From positions 31,615 through 95,614 of the forward strand of contig CAWILD010000014.1 in NCBI GenBank assembly GCA_963836815.1: 64,000 nucleotides of DNA, in the 5' to 3' direction. The translations under genes and the position numbers were made by a program. The notes under the pieces are model-generated. The model was not told the origin of the DNA and did no database searches. It was given only the letters and a program-made list of their open reading frames with translations. Positions 28,754 to 38,321 of the stretch are shown in pieces. Source of the stretch: an uncultured Gemmatimonadales bacterium. Lineage in GTDB: Bacteria > Gemmatimonadota > Gemmatimonadetes > Gemmatimonadales > GWC2-71-9. How positions within the stretch are numbered: position 1 is the stretch's first letter; each line of letters starts with the position of its first letter.

Positions 28754-30835
28754 CTACTGGATCTGGACGATCTTGGCGACGGACGGCACGCCGTTCTCGT
28801 CGAGCACGAACATCATGTAATGTCCCGGCGGCGCGAGGGTGGCCCTGAGGGGCGCCGTCACCGTGACGCTGGACGCGTCGCGGGTGGTGATCGGGAGGTA
28901 GTTGAGCCGCTGGTTCATGTTCGTGGCGTGTGTGACGCTCGAAAGCCGGATGAACGTGACCTTGGCGATGCCCGCGGCGTTCGGCGTCCCAATCGCGAAG
29001 CTCTGCCCATACGTCACGCTGGCAGGTGCCGTGCTAATCGTCGGGCGGGTAGCGTCGGTGCCATCCAGGTTGAACAGGTAGGGGGGCGAGAAGATCTCGC
29101 CGGAGTAGTCGTTCTGCAAGCCGCTCGCGAACGGTTGCCCGCTGCCGACCGACAGGACCCGGCCGTCGGGGAGCAAGAGCGCATTGGAGTGGTACAGCCG
29201 GTAGTGGGTCTGCCGTGCGAGTTGAGTCCATCCGCCCGTCGGACTCCACCGTTCGGCCGCCAGCACGTTGGCATTGGTGGGCGGGCTGTTGAAGCCGCTG
29301 GCGTTGGTACCGCCAGTCACAAGCACCGTCCCGTCCGCCAGGAGCGTGGCGTTCATCTGCCGGCGCGCGACTCTCATCGCCCCGGCCGGCTGCCAAGTGG
29401 CCCCCACGTTCAGGTCGATCCTCTCTGCCGTGCTGGTGGGTCCTCCGCCACCGACGAGGAGGATCTTGCCGGGCTCGTACATCACCGCCGAGCCGTAGTC
29501 TCGGTATCCGTACGCGCTGGAGGGCCCCGTGCTCTTGCCGCCCGCTCCCTCGGTGGTCAGATACCCGGTGGCCTGGGCCGGACCGGCGATGAACACCGAG
29601 CCGCTCGGCGCCACGAACATCATCGGATAGTAGTTGATGCTCGAGGCGGCGGCGGTCAGGGAGCGCAAGGAGGTACCCGAGGCGCTCAGCACCTCGGGAA
29701 TCGTGTTGAGCGTCCCATCGGTGCCGCCGCCTGACACCACGAGCGCTTCGCCGTTGGGGAGAGCCAGGACGCTGGGATACCACCGCCCGTTCTGCATCGT
29801 CGGGCCGGGAGACCAAGTCTTCGACACGTAATCAAAGAGATTGGTCACCGCGATCCCGATGTTGTCGGTGCCGCTGTGCCCGCCCATCACCATGAGCCTG
29901 CCGTCGGGAAGCAGCGCGTGTCCGCTGCAGAACAGGTCGGCGGGCCTGGTAATGCTCTCGAACGAGCCGGTGGTCGGATCCCAGAGCGTCTGATGCCGGT
30001 CGCTCCTGCCCCACGTCAGGACCTCGCCGTCCGGCAGGACGCTCGCATGGATCGACAGGACCGGCCAGTCGAACGGATTCCCCCACTCTCCCACCAGGGC
30101 CTTGTTGGCGGGCTTGTCGAAGCTCACGACCACCGACGTGGACTGCGCGAGCGTCACCGCGCAGCTCCCCGAGCTCTTGCCGATTCCGGTTCCCGCGGTT
30201 TGACAGCTGCCGCCTGCCCACGCCTTGAGGTAACTGCCGGTCGACGCCGTGGCCGTGACCGTGACGAGCGTGTTGAGCGCGTAGTTGGCGCTGCAGCCGG
30301 TCGCCGCCGCAGTGCCCCCGCTGATGCTGCAGGCGATCCCCAAGGGGCTGGACGAGACCGTCCCATCACCGGCGGCACCGCCCGTGATACTCAGCGTCGC
30401 GACATTGGTCTGCGGACGGAAGTTGATCGTCACGACCGCATCGCTCGTCATCGGGATGACGCAGGCCAGCACATTCTCGGGAGAAGGCGGACAGTTCCCG
30501 CTGACGATCGTGAAGGTGGCGCCGGCGGCAGGCGCGATGTGGAGGGTCACGATGGCCGTGGACTTGTACCCCTGCTCGCACTTGCCGCTGGACGCGCCGC
30601 CGGGCACGATCGTGCAGCTGATACCGCCCCGCTCCGAGGTAACGACACCCCCCATCGCGCTGCCCGTACCGCTGACGCGGAGCTGGTAGCGGGCCCCGAC
30701 TCGGGCAAACTCCGGCTCGGTGGCCTGGTCCTGGCAGCCGAAAAGGAGGAGCAGCGCGGCGCCGGCGCCGGGGAGACACCGTGCGCCGCGGGCGACGAAC
30801 GAACCACACATGTGAGCGCTCAGGGTATGGGGCAA
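28754..30835 (-). CDS. glyoxal/galactose-oxidase-like lipoprotein (kelch propeller + DUF1929-type C-terminal domain)
   Basis: Lipobox ALLLLFGC and N-terminal Ig-like repeats, then ..LPDGEVLTWG..FCSGHALLPDGRLMVMGGH..RWYPSVLALPNGEALVVSGG..YHSNALLLPDGRVLSVGSG..PPGHYMMFVLDENGVPS. Confidence 0.8.
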   Translation of the reverse strand: MPHTLSAHMCGSFVARGARCLPGAGAALLLLFGCQDQATEPEFARVGARYQLRVSGTGSAMGGVVTSERGGISCTIVPGGASSGKCEQGYKSTAIVTLHIAPAAGATFTIVSGNCPPSPENVLACVIPMTSDAVVTINFRPQTNVATLSITGGAAGDGTVSSSPLGIACSISGGTAAATGCSANYALNTLVTVTATASTGSYLKAWAGGSCQTAGTGIGKSSGSCAVTLAQSTSVVVSFDKPANKALVGEWGNPFDWPVLSIHASVLPDGEVLTWGRSDRHQTLWDPTTGSFESITRPADLFCSGHALLPDGRLMVMGGHSGTDNIGIAVTNLFDYVSKTWSPGPTMQNGRWYPSVLALPNGEALVVSGGGTDGTLNTIPEVLSASGTSLRSLTAAASSINYYPMMFVAPSGSVFIAGPAQATGYLTTEGAGGKSTGPSSAYGYRDYGSAVMYEPGKILLVGGGGPTSTAERIDLNVGATWQPAGAMRVARRQMNATLLADGTVLVTGGTNASGFNSPPTNANVLAAERWSPTGGWTQLARQTHYRLYHSNALLLPDGRVLSVGSGQPFASGLQNDYSGEIFSPPYLFNLDGTDATRPTISTAPASVTYGQSFAIGTPNAAGIAKVTFIRLSSVTHATNMNQRLNYLPITTRDASSVTVTAPLRATLAPPGHYMMFVLDENGVPSVAKIVQIQ

Positions 30836-31014
30836 GCTATCTTAGCTCCGCCTTTCCCGGTGCGTAAGAGGGACCTTCGATGTTGGTGCGGGCTGTGTGT
30901 GGCAGGCCGTTGTTGGCAGGGTCAGGTCTACCGACCCTGCGCTCCGGAGCAAGAGGTCGCGGAACAGGGGGAAGGGTAGGGGAGTGGATCGGCCGAAGCC
31001 TACTCGGGAGAACC

Positions 31015-31043
31015 TTTGCACCACCGTTTGCACTATAGACCCC
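31015..31043 (+). repeat. tandem GTTTGCAC motif, putative integrase arm-type site (right)
   Basis: tttgcaccaccgtttgcactatagacccc, compared with 16193-16220. Confidence 0.5.
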
Positions 31044-31121
31044 ACGATTCCACGGGTTTTCGCGGCGCTTCTCGAAAGCCTTCCCCTCGGAAGAGTCCCA
31101 CTTTCCGAGGCCCACAGGCCC

Positions 31122-31174
31122 CTTAAAATCTGTTGGGAGCAATCCCTTGTGGGTTCGATCCCCACCCGGAGCAT
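31122..31174 (+). repeat. attR core: duplicated 3' part of tRNA-Leu, direct repeat 2
   Basis: Identical to 16105-16157. It lacks the 5' half of the tRNA, so it is not a gene. Confidence 0.85.
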
Positions 31175-31556
31175 GGAGTTGGCCGCAGTAGTCTTCGTTA
31201 CCGCACCCCTTCGCACCACCGGCTGCTTCAACGAGGTGTAACTTGGCCGAGGACGATGTCGACCGCAGCACGGGCGAAACCCGCAACCAAGCCCAGGCGG
31301 TGATTCACAGTCCCGAAGCCAACCTGCTGTGGCCCCAGAGCACCTAAGGATCATCGCAACTATCCTCGCCGGCGTGAGCCTCCAGTGTCTCACGCTGGCG
31401 GCGCGTGCGTGGTTGCAGCCCGACGCAGCACCCGGCGCAGCGAGCCCGGAGCGGACCGCCTTTCGCGGAGGCTTGATACTCTTCGTTGTTTAACTCGGCG
31501 TACTCGGCGCGCTGTGGCTGATCTCGGTTCCCCTCGGCTGGAGGCCCGATCGTGTC

Positions 31557-31844
31557 TTGTGGGTAGGGCTCGGCTCCTTCCTTGCCCTCATGACCGTAGC
31601 TCGACCTTGGTGGTTTTGGGAGAACTACAGGGCGCGATGGCTGCGAGGTGCCATTGGGGACGAAGCGACGGCCGCCATCTATCTGGTCATCGCTGGGCTG
31701 ATGATCTGGGTGGGCCTCTTCACCGACTGGAGGTTCGGACGGCATCATGTCGCATGGGCAGGCCGCATGGGCAGGCCAACCTTCCTGCCTTCCGAGCCTG
31801 GCTGCATTTGGAATGGGATTGGCGGATCAGGTCCCGGGAGCTAG
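31557..31844 (+). CDS. small membrane protein, unknown function
   Basis: TTG start, 95 aa, two hydrophobic segments (VGLGSFLALMTVA, AAIYLVIAGLMIWVGLF). Confidence 0.4.
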   Translation: MWVGLGSFLALMTVARPWWFWENYRARWLRGAIGDEATAAIYLVIAGLMIWVGLFTDWRFGRHHVAWAGRMGRPTFLPSEPGCIWNGIGGSGPGS

Positions 31845-31885
31845 ACTAGAGATCACCCGGCAACACCGACGTCCCCGAGAATCAT

Positions 31886-32953
31886 ATGCTGATAGTGCAA
31901 CTGCGCGAGATCTCCGTTCTCGCCTTGGTAGCAACTGTTGGCTGCGCTCCCAATTCCAGCCCGCCGGCCCCGCGCACAGCGACTTTCAATTCCTCCGAAT
32001 ACGCCGCTTATGACCAGACCGGAAACGGCGTGATCTCCGGCCAGGCCTTCCTACGGACTCAGGGCGGGGAGGTCCGGTATGGCGCAGGGCGTGAGGTTTA
32101 TCTCCACCCAGTCACTTCCTACTCCAGAGAATGGTGGAACCGATTCGTTCTCGGTGGAAAGCGTCTGGAGTCTGGTGACCCTCGGGACCAAGCCTACCAA
32201 CGCACGGCGGTCGCTGACGGAGAGGGTCGCTTCGTCTTCGCGGACTTACCGGCCGGCGAGTACTACGTTGCGTCCTCGGTATCCTTGGAATCCCATGCCG
32301 GTACTTACACAAACTCCACCACCGACAGCCTCGTGGGCCAGGAAGTCCGGCTGCGAGCCGGCATGCGCGTGGATCTCGTGCTCGACGACGTGCACACCAC
32401 GGTCGCAACTTCTTGGGGGCCTGCAACGCCACCACCGACCGGGACGGCCGGCGCAGCGACCCAGATCCCAGCGGCTGAGGCGGCGAGTACTGATTCGCCC
32501 CTGATCGGCAGTCCACAGCACCAGACCGCGCCTGCGCGGTTCACCCCCACCGCGGCCGTGCGCCCCCCTGAGGAACCAGTGCCTGGTACCCACGGGAGCG
32601 TCCCTACGTCACCTTCACCAGGTGGTAATGCGGACAGCTTGCCCTCCGAGCCCTCCAGCCGGGCTTTCACGCGCGATCCACTGGTGCGGCTACTAATCGG
32701 TGATCTCCGACGGCTGGGAATTGCTCAGTCGGTGCAGGAGAAGGCTGTTGGGCTCCTCCGCGTGGAGCTCGCCGGTGGACCGAGCGCAGCGACTTCGGGA
32801 GAATACCAATTGGCAGCGCTATACGGTGCCTATCGCCGCGCCGTGTTCGGGTCACCGGAAGCGATCCTCGAGCTGTTCTCAGCTGGGGCGAAGTTTGGCG
32901 AATATAACAGGGACGGCCTCCTCATCGGACCCGAATTTGCCGTTCCGCGCTAG
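31886..32953 (+). CDS. lipoprotein with carboxypeptidase-regulatory-like beta-sandwich domain
   Basis: Lipobox LALVATVGC; GEGRFVFADLPAGEYYVAS is the typical CarboxypepD_reg-like strand pair; Pro/Thr-rich linker; helical C-terminal domain. Confidence 0.5.
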   Translation: MLIVQLREISVLALVATVGCAPNSSPPAPRTATFNSSEYAAYDQTGNGVISGQAFLRTQGGEVRYGAGREVYLHPVTSYSREWWNRFVLGGKRLESGDPRDQAYQRTAVADGEGRFVFADLPAGEYYVASSVSLESHAGTYTNSTTDSLVGQEVRLRAGMRVDLVLDDVHTTVATSWGPATPPPTGTAGAATQIPAAEAASTDSPLIGSPQHQTAPARFTPTAAVRPPEEPVPGTHGSVPTSPSPGGNADSLPSEPSSRAFTRDPLVRLLIGDLRRLGIAQSVQEKAVGLLRVELAGGPSAATSGEYQLAALYGAYRRAVFGSPEAILELFSAGAKFGEYNRDGLLIGPEFAVPR

Positions 32954-33143
32954 CTAGTCCCGCCGGTCAGCGAGGCTTAGGGGTTCCCGGATGGAGGAGT
33001 GAGTAGCTCGGCTGTAACGGCTGCCTGCTCCTCGCGGGCCCTGAGACGTAGCCGTCCCAGGCCTTGCATTGTTTGCGCTCGCAAGAAAGATTGCTTACCC
33101 CCTACATTTAGTTGCTTGCCGGATCGTGGTCCGGGGAGACACA

Positions 33144-33308
33144 ATGGATCGGCACTGTCCTCGCTGCGGCATTCCAGTCGGTGAGCAAATCCGCTGTCCT
33201 CTCTGCGACACCAGCATGGTCCGCGTCAACCTTCGGCGCACTCTGCTCTGGGCACTGGTTGTGGAGGAATACCTCGTAGCCCTGGTCGTTCTGCTGCGCT
33301 TTCGATGA
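33144..33308 (+). CDS. zinc-ribbon membrane-anchored small protein
   Basis: GGGGAG precedes ATG 33144. The CPRC..(10)..CPLC ribbon is followed by the TM helix LLWALVVEEYLVALVVLL. Confidence 0.45.
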   Translation: MDRHCPRCGIPVGEQIRCPLCDTSMVRVNLRRTLLWALVVEEYLVALVVLLRFR

Positions 33309-33419
33309 CCTGCGGAGCTCCGGCTCAGCTCTCGTAGACTCACACACCTTGGCATCAAACGAACGAAGGCAGGCGGTGTCGGGGATTCTAGTAAGCGTCC
33401 ACCCGCTCACTTCCGGCGC

Positions 33420-34130
33420 ATGACCCACTCCCGGCGCGACGCGGTCCCGTTCGATCCGCGGCATTTCGAGCGCCTGGCGATGGCGGGCGGCACCCTGTCG
33501 CCCGAGGAAGTGTTTCGGGACATCCACCAGCGCCACCATTGGACCGGGAGCGCCTCGCCCTCCGGTGCGGGAGCGGCCGAAGAGCAGACGGCCCGGGTGC
33601 GGACAGCGCTTCCCGCACTGCTGGAGGAGCTCGGCGTCAGGACGCTCCTCGACCTGCCCTGCGGCGACCACAGCTGGATGGCGACGGTGGACCTGCGGGT
33701 CGTGCAGTATATCGGCGGCGATCTCCTCCCCGAGCTGATCGCGCCCCTCCAGCAGCGCTTCGGCGACTCCAGCCGGAAGTTCATGGTGCTGGATCTCACC
33801 CGCGACCCTCTGCCCTCGTCCGATCTGCTCCTCTGCCGCGATTGTCTCGTCCACCTGTCTCATGCGGACATCCGCCTCGCGCTTCGGAACATCCTGCGGA
33901 GCGGGATCCCCTACCTGCTGACGACTACGTTCCCCGACGGCGCCGAGAACGAGGACATCGTCACCGGCGACTGGCGGGTGCTGGATCTGCAGCGTCCGCC
34001 CTTTTCGTTCCCGTCTCCGCTCCGCATGCTCACCGAGGGATGCACCGAGGGCGACGGTCGCTTCGCCGACAAGGGTCTCGGACTCTGGCGAACGGTGGAT
34101 CTCGCGCGGGTGCCGATGCTGGCCGGCTGA
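33420..34130 (+). CDS. class I SAM-dependent methyltransferase-like protein
   Basis: 236 aa. LLDLPCGDHSWM (motif I-like), DLLLCRDCLVHL, and a cofactor-fold length. Confidence 0.55.
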   Translation: MTHSRRDAVPFDPRHFERLAMAGGTLSPEEVFRDIHQRHHWTGSASPSGAGAAEEQTARVRTALPALLEELGVRTLLDLPCGDHSWMATVDLRVVQYIGGDLLPELIAPLQQRFGDSSRKFMVLDLTRDPLPSSDLLLCRDCLVHLSHADIRLALRNILRSGIPYLLTTTFPDGAENEDIVTGDWRVLDLQRPPFSFPSPLRMLTEGCTEGDGRFADKGLGLWRTVDLARVPMLAG

Positions 34131-34257
34131 TCGGACGGCCAAGAAGGCCGAAGTCACGACTACTACGCCCCCCTGGCCCAACTCCTGCGGTATTCACAGG
34201 CCCAGTCGAGGGCGCGCTCCGCCCGAGTCGGCACGCTCAAATCTCCCGGGGTCCACC

Positions 34258-34479
34258 ATGACGAGTCCGATGCTCGAGGCCGGCTGTACGCTGGCGGTAC
34301 TACTTGGTCTGTACGGTTTCCTCTGCTACTGGGAGGCGTCACGGGCCGATCTCGTGGCGGGTGCCCGGCGGACGGCCCACTCTCCGGATGCGGAGGTACC
34401 GAGCTATCGGACCCGCGCGCGGGTGGCGCTGGCGGCGAGCGGAGCCATCGCGCTGGGGCTGATCGCTACGGCGCTCTAG
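34258..34479 (+). CDS. small membrane protein, unknown function
   Basis: 73 aa with two hydrophobic helices. Followed by an attC-like site. Confidence 0.4.
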   Translation: MTSPMLEAGCTLAVLLGLYGFLCYWEASRADLVAGARRTAHSPDAEVPSYRTRARVALAASGAIALGLIATAL

Positions 34480-34596
34480 GTATGTAGCGCGCGCGACGAC
34501 AGTCGCGGCACGCGCAGATTCTTGCAGTTCGAAACACCCCACCGCTCATCTACTCGATTTCGCAGCTTCCGCCATCCCCGCACTACATACGAGCTC

Positions 34597-34753
34597 GCCT
34601 TATCCGGTTGTCGTGCCCCCGGGCAACAGCCGACAGGCCAGGGTGGGGCGGCGCTCCGCTCGGGCGCGTCGCTCCTGGGGGCCATCGAACGGAGGCGTTG
34701 AATTGTACTGGCGGCAGGCCGATCGCCTGCAGCTGATGCGGCATCCGTTAGGC
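34597..34753 (+). repeat. attC site with degenerate left end (157 bp)
   Basis: GCCTTAT..caacagccgacaggcc ... gatcgcctgcagctgatgcggcatcc-GTTAGGC. Confidence 0.6.
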
Positions 34754-34877
34754 CGATGCCCGGGCACCCAGCGACGCGGGCTAGGGCGTGTAGATCTGCC
34801 CATTGACGAGGATTGGCCCTTGCCACAGTTCTTCGACGTGGGCGACATGCCAGCCTTGCGGGAGGCGACGCCACACC

Positions 34878-35237
34878 TCACTGTCGGGTGTGGACCGTGG
34901 CCGTATCTCCCTGTAGCGTAAGGCTGTCAATCTGGATGTCGATCGTGCCATTCTCCGCGATCACCGACCAATCTCGCAAGAGGTTGGCCCGGAGCTGCTC
35001 TTGGGTGAGGAGTTCGCTATGCTCGTCCCCGGCAGTGTCGTTCTGCAGGGTGAAATCGGGTGTCTGCACTGAGAGCAACGCGTCGATGTCCTTATCCCGG
35101 GTTGCCTGCACGCTACGCGCGATCTGGGCCGCGATGGCCGCCCGCGCGATCCCGACTTCCTGAGCCGGGCCAGAGGGCCTCGGCGTGCAGGCTGCGGCGA
35201 CCCAGATGGGCACACTCCAGCAGCGGCTCAGTGCCAT
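34878..35237 (-). CDS. DUF4440/SnoaL-like lipoprotein
   Basis: ATG 35237; signal MALSRCWSVPIWVAAAC; ..AIAAQIARSVQATRDKDIDALLSVQTPDFTL.. The longer ORF upstream is read-through of an attC remnant. Confidence 0.55.
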   Translation of the reverse strand: MALSRCWSVPIWVAAACTPRPSGPAQEVGIARAAIAAQIARSVQATRDKDIDALLSVQTPDFTLQNDTAGDEHSELLTQEQLRANLLRDWSVIAENGTIDIQIDSLTLQGDTATVHTRQ

Positions 35238-35308
35238 GTGGGGCTCTCCTCGAGGCGTGACACAGTGTCGGACACCGAGCAGAGCGAAACGGTTGCCTAC
35301 GCTGCACG

Positions 35309-35354
35309 GCCTAACCCGCGCATGCAGCCGGCAAGCGCCGCCACAGGCGGTAGG
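35309..35354 (+). repeat. truncated attC (left end only)
   Basis: GCCTAACCCGCGCATGCAGCCGGCAAGCGCC then divergence. The only R'-like box is GGTAGGA. Confidence 0.5.
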
Positions 35355-35362
35355 AAGGCGAC

Positions 35363-35851
35363 GTGAGTCGCGGTACGGTCTCTCGTCGCGTGCGCATTGT
35401 GCTGCTGGCATTGCTTAGTGCCGGGTACTTCCTGGCGCTCTACGTGTTCTTCCGACCGGTCCAAGTGCGCATCTGGAATTACTTCAGCGCCGTCGATGTC
35501 TTCATGATGGCGTGCCTGATTCTCCCCTTCATGGTAGTGCCTCTGCTCGTCCCCCCACGTCACCGTGTGACCCGATATGCTTGGGCCGTCAGCGCCGTGA
35601 TGGCGCTGGATCTCGTGTTTTTCGCGGTGGCCGAGTTTGGACCGCTGGGGACCGGCCATCCGTCATTGGAATCGATGGGCTCGTACTTCCTGGCGATGGC
35701 CAAGCCGGTACTCGTCCCCGTGGCACTGGCCCTGCTGAGTGTCGCGTGTGTCAAAGGCGAACATATAGCCCTCGTCGCGACTGGGTTTCTCTGTTTGGCC
35801 GGGGAGACGCTATACGGGACGTACCCGACGGCGTGGTGGGGAACCGCCTGA
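35363..35851 (+). CDS. integral membrane protein, unknown function
   Basis: 162 aa with 4-5 hydrophobic helices. Bounded by attC sequences on both sides. Confidence 0.5.
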   Translation: MSRGTVSRRVRIVLLALLSAGYFLALYVFFRPVQVRIWNYFSAVDVFMMACLILPFMVVPLLVPPRHRVTRYAWAVSAVMALDLVFFAVAEFGPLGTGHPSLESMGSYFLAMAKPVLVPVALALLSVACVKGEHIALVATGFLCLAGETLYGTYPTAWWGTA

Positions 35852-35922
35852 ATGAAGCCGGAGCGATGTTGCACGCTGGCCCAGGGCCAAGGGGGGCGCT
35901 CTCGCGCCCTGCGTGACGTGCT

Positions 35923-36028
35923 GCCTAACCCGCGCATGCAGCCGACGAGCGCTGGCGCTAGACTCCGTTCGGGTGGCACCCTCCTGCGCGAGCTTGATTG
36001 CCCGCGCCTGATGCGCAATTCGTTAGGC
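35923..36028 (+). repeat. attC site (106 bp)
   Basis: GCCTAAC-ccgcgcatgcagccgac ... cgcgcctgatgcgcaattc-GTTAGGC. Confidence 0.8.
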
Positions 36029-36068
36029 GGACCCGACGACTCGCCTGTGACTTAGTAGGAGTCTGGTA

Positions 36069-36428
36069 ATGCCCCGCATAGCCCCCGAGATTTTCCGGAA
36101 GCGGCTCCTCATCGAGGGGTACTTCGCACGTCAGGACCTGAATGCCGAGATCATCCGAGACTATTTCAAGCTCATCACTGGCCAATTGGGCCTGCGCACC
36201 TATGGGGACCCGATCGTCCACCACACCAGCGGGCAGGGCAAGGCGATCAATGAGGGGTATGACGCCTTCGTGCCGCTGATCGACTCCGGTATCTATGTCT
36301 GCATCTGGTCTGGTCCGCGCTTCGCCTCGGTGATTCTCTACACCTGCGCGGAGTTCGATGAAACGCGTGCAACCGATCTGACGCGGGAGTTCTTCGCGAT
36401 GACTGAGTGGGAGACCACGCTGTTCTAG
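36069..36428 (+). CDS. S-adenosylmethionine decarboxylase-related family protein
   Basis: 119 aa. ..VHHTSGQGKAINEGYDAFVPLIDSGIYVCIWSGPRFASVILYTCAEFD parallels the SpeH-type ..LAESHISIHTWPE..D.FTCG core. Recognised from memory. Confidence 0.5.
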   Translation: MPRIAPEIFRKRLLIEGYFARQDLNAEIIRDYFKLITGQLGLRTYGDPIVHHTSGQGKAINEGYDAFVPLIDSGIYVCIWSGPRFASVILYTCAEFDETRATDLTREFFAMTEWETTLF

Positions 36429-36660
36429 TCCACCAGTCCAGGTCCGTGGGCGGGTGACTCCTGGGCGCTGCATGCCGGTGGGTCAAGCCGTCAGCACCTG
36501 CACATCGACTATTACACCAAGCTCATGCTCACCCTCCTCGGAGGTTGTCTGCTCATGATTGTATTCCGAAGTGACTCCTGGGTTGACAAGGCAGTCGCGC
36601 AAGCTGCCATTACCTGTAAGGGCGAGCTAAAGGCGAACGCACACGGGGGCACTGAGGCGA

Positions 36661-37230
36661 ATGTCGGTGGATATCAGATCCAGGTCAGCTGTCGCTGAGC
36701 GTTCGGGCGTGAAAGCCTCCGTATTCATTGGCACCAGTGTCGACGGCTTCATCGCGCGAACCAATGGTGACCTCGATTGGCTGCCGGCCGGCGGAGGCGA
36801 AGAGCACGGGTATGAGGCGTTCATCGCCTCCGTCGATGCGCTGGTGATCGGCCGCAAGACGTTCGAGACCGTGTTGACCTTCGATGCGTGGCCATACGGT
36901 GAGAAGCCCGTCTACGTGTTGAGCACCCACGAACTGGCGCCCGCTCCCGTCGGGGCGGTGGTGGAGCGACTGGAGGGCCCTCCGGCCGACGTCGTGTCGC
37001 AACTCAGCGCTCGCGGCGTCCGCCATGCGTACGTCGATGGCGGCATCACGATTCAGCGCTTCCTTCAGGCCGGCTTGATTCAGCGCCTCATCATCACGCG
37101 CGTGCCGGTGCTGCTCGGAACCGGGATTCCACTGTTCGGGGTCACGGGGCGTGACATCATCCTCACCCACGTCGGAACGCGCCAGTACGCCAGTGGCCTC
37201 GTCCAGAGCGAGTATACGGTCGCCACTTAG
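36661..37230 (+). CDS. dihydrofolate reductase-like (RibD C-terminal domain) protein
   Basis: ..VFIGTSVDGFIARTNGDLDWL..VDALVIGRKTFE..PVYVLS..VDGGITIQRFLQAGLIQRLIITRVPVLLGTGIPLF. GTG 36709 is a likelier start than ATG 36661. Confidence 0.75.
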   Translation: MSVDIRSRSAVAERSGVKASVFIGTSVDGFIARTNGDLDWLPAGGGEEHGYEAFIASVDALVIGRKTFETVLTFDAWPYGEKPVYVLSTHELAPAPVGAVVERLEGPPADVVSQLSARGVRHAYVDGGITIQRFLQAGLIQRLIITRVPVLLGTGIPLFGVTGRDIILTHVGTRQYASGLVQSEYTVAT

Positions 37231-37358
37231 CCCAGATGGCAATGCAGTCGGCAACCGCGGACCGGCCGGAGCTCCCTGGAAGGCGGCTCTCGACCAGGCG
37301 GTACCCCGCGTAGGTTCACCAGCCTGCCGAGGGGATCCACAACGGAGCCGTCGAGCTC

Positions 37359-37844
37359 ATGACCTACATTCCCCCGGATGCGGGCGAAGCCCTTTGGATC
37401 GGCACCTTTGGCGTCATCTATAAGGTACCGGCCGAGACCACCGCGAGCGCCGTTGCCGTCGTCGAGCATGTGCTTGGCCCCCTACAGCTCGGCGCCCCCT
37501 TCCATCGCCACAGCCGCGAGGACGAGATCTCCTACGTGCTCGATGGCGTGCTCACCGTCCAGCAGGGTGAGCAGATCGAAACGGCCGGTCCTGGCGGCAC
37601 GATCGTGAAGCCCCGAGGCGTCTTCCACGCCTTCTGGAATACTGGTGCGACGCCGGTCCGCTTCTTGGAGGTGATCGCACCAGGTGCTTTCGCCCAGTAC
37701 TTTCGAGAGCTTGCTCCGCTGCTGGCACAGCCCGGCGCTCCCGACCTCGAGGGCGTGGTCGCCCTGGCGGGCCGCTATGGCATGGAGTTCGACTTGGCCA
37801 GTCTGCCGGGGCTGCTCGAGCGCCACGGCCTGCGGGCCGGCTGA
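37359..37844 (+). CDS. cupin domain protein
   Basis: G(x)5H.H..E motif region APFHRHSREDEISYVLDGVLTV and the second motif GTIVKPRGVFHAFWN. Confidence 0.7.
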   Translation: MTYIPPDAGEALWIGTFGVIYKVPAETTASAVAVVEHVLGPLQLGAPFHRHSREDEISYVLDGVLTVQQGEQIETAGPGGTIVKPRGVFHAFWNTGATPVRFLEVIAPGAFAQYFRELAPLLAQPGAPDLEGVVALAGRYGMEFDLASLPGLLERHGLRAG

Positions 37845-37884
37845 CGGCAGGAGCTCCAAGGCGGACGCGCACGAGGATGGTCCC

Positions 37885-38268
37885 ATGCTCGAGGAGTGGA
37901 CTGAGCCGCCTCCGATGAGCCCGGTGGCACCTGCGCCGGCCGTCCTTTCTTCTGATAGCACGCTCTGGCTGGCCTACCGGATCGCACGCGATCCGCACCA
38001 CTGCGCGGTGATCCGGTTTCACCACGTGCAACAGTACGCGTGGGGCGCACCGCCCGCCGTCTATGGCCTGGAGAGCCTGGGCGCGCTCTCGCAGGGCAGT
38101 TTCTACGAGGTCCCGGTGGCGAGCGGGGAGACGGGCGGTGTCGGCCGTCGCTGGCTGATCACTTTTCCCGATGCGATGCTCGAGGTACGGGCCGCTGACG
38201 CTGAGGTCGTTCTCCGAGCTGCCGCGGCGCTCGGCCCGGCCCACGCTCTGGCGGCCCTGCTCAGCTAA
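37885..38268 (+). CDS. hypothetical protein
   Basis: ATG 37885, 127 aa, coding-like composition. No family recognised. Confidence 0.4.
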   Translation: MLEEWTEPPPMSPVAPAPAVLSSDSTLWLAYRIARDPHHCAVIRFHHVQQYAWGAPPAVYGLESLGALSQGSFYEVPVASGETGGVGRRWLITFPDAMLEVRAADAEVVLRAAAALGPAHALAALLS

Positions 38269-38321
38269 GTGGCGGCGCAGACGCGACGAGTTCAGGATGC
38301 GATTCCGTCCGGAGAACCAAC

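Larger units (their letters stand above)
16105..31174. mobile_element. tRNA-Leu-associated integrative genomic island (~15 kb) including both att repeats
   Basis: An exact 53-bp direct repeat (16105-16157 = 31122-31174) equals the 3' part of tRNA-Leu. A tyrosine integrase lies next to the intact tRNA, and the cargo is unrelated to the flanking housekeeping genes. Confidence 0.8.

Noticed and set aside
31122-31174. This could be a second tRNA-Leu gene.
   Set aside because: Only the anticodon loop to the 3' acceptor end is present and there is no 5' half. It is the att duplicate.
36525-36698. A 57-codon ORF (MLTLLGGCLLMIVFRSDSWVDKAVAQAAITCKGELK...) lies upstream of the DHFR-like gene.
   Set aside because: It has a hydrophobic start, but no ribosome-binding site and no recognisable family. 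It overlaps the alternative start of the next gene. The support is insufficient.
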